From Lama glama (lineage: Eukaryota), in contig CM052832.1 of the NCBI GenBank assembly GCA_028534125.1, positions 8,620,001-8,684,000 on the forward strand: a stretch of 64,000 bases of DNA. The letters are read 5' to 3'. Positions 63,015 through 64,000 of this stretch are shown piece by piece (positions within the stretch are counted from its first letter, which is position 1; each line of letters starts with the position of its first letter). A program made the position numbers and the translations under genes. The notes under the pieces were generated by a model. It did no database searches, had not been told where the DNA came from, and saw only the letters and a list, made by a program, of their open reading frames with translations.

Positions 63015-64000
63015 TGCATCAATCTCATGTTTCTTTCTGGATTTTTGTTTTAAAACCACATATATTTGAACTCCACAGGATAACTAGAACAGTGTACTTC
63101 TGCTGCCATATTGTCTATCCTACACTCCCAGCCCTTTCCCCAGTTGTTACTGCTACTTCCTTCATGCCAGATTGTTAGGTTTATAGTCAGCCCCAGTGCT
63201 GCCTGGATGGATAGTGAATAGGTGACAGTGGTCTAGTTTTGTCATCTGCCTATTGCGAAGCTTGGTATATACCCTTACGTTGGCTCTCCCTGTGCTTCTC
63301 TGGAACTAAACTCCCCAAGAACGCTTGTGTTCCTGCTGAGGGTGCTCTTGGGGATCAGGGAGTATGGGCCTTAGATTTTCTAATTTCTATCCCAGTTTCC
63401 TCTCGATATCCATGTTGTCAGCAATTTGTCACCTGACTCAACAGAGGCTTCAGAGTCTTATTTTTCCACTCACTCTTCAAAAATCAAAGTTGCTCTTTTT
63501 TCCTAAGAATTCTTTTTTCCTTTTCCTTGTGTGCAGGACAGCAGAATCCCTGTGTTGAGTTTGAAGAGGTTATTTTTCTAGAGCCTTGATTTAATTTAGA
63601 AATTTAGAAGTTGTCCTGCCCTCTCTTTATCTTGTGGAACAGGCACAGATTTGGAAGAGTTAGGTCCCTTGATGTTCCTTCACCATTTGCCATGCTGTGA
63701 TTTTAGACAAGTTGCTTTGCCTCACTGTACCACAGGAATTTTTTTTCTTTAAGATGGAGGATCATTATCTCCATCTCACACCAAATGTGTACTGGGTCAG
63801 GCCATCCTGAATAGTCTTCCTAGGTCTGCTTTTAAGACTGAAGCCTGAGTTCAATGCATTTTTCCTGGCTGGAAACCATCAATTGACTCAGGAGGTGCCC
63901 TTTAGCAGAATGTAAACCCAGGTGAGCTTCAGAGATATATTTGTTTTTCCAGAGAACTAATCCCTCGCCATTGTTGGAGCCTAGCTACAGGAATTGAGAG

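Overview
Mammalian genomic DNA, most likely a camelid: six copies of a tRNA-Ala-derived Vic-1-like SINE are present. Two divergently oriented protein-coding genes flank about 24 kb of repeat-rich intergenic DNA. On the minus strand lies the 5' part of ABCC10/MRP7: a CpG-island promoter at about 12.5-13.3 kb and 13 coding exons between 12670 and 139 (1011 codons covering TMD0, TMD1, NBD1 and the start of TMD2), with the gene running off the left edge. On the plus strand lies a complete ZNF318: a CpG island at about 36.4-38.1 kb, 10 coding exons from 37393 to 61939 (6840 nt, 2279 aa, two matrin-type zinc fingers), and AATAAA at 63009. All exon boundaries were read by eye, are GT-AG and keep frame. 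I found no convincing novel multi-gene system. The most interesting details are: apparent conservation of both MRP7A-type isoform features in ABCC10, a MIR6780B-like tailed mirtron, an L1 and a SINE inserted at one target site (three TSD copies), a tailless U6 retrocopy with TSDs, a 30-nt coding minisatellite in ZNF318 exon 1, and a speculative divergent exon at the ZNF318 promoter that would be in frame with ABCC10. Human comparisons and repeat family names are from recall, not from database searches.
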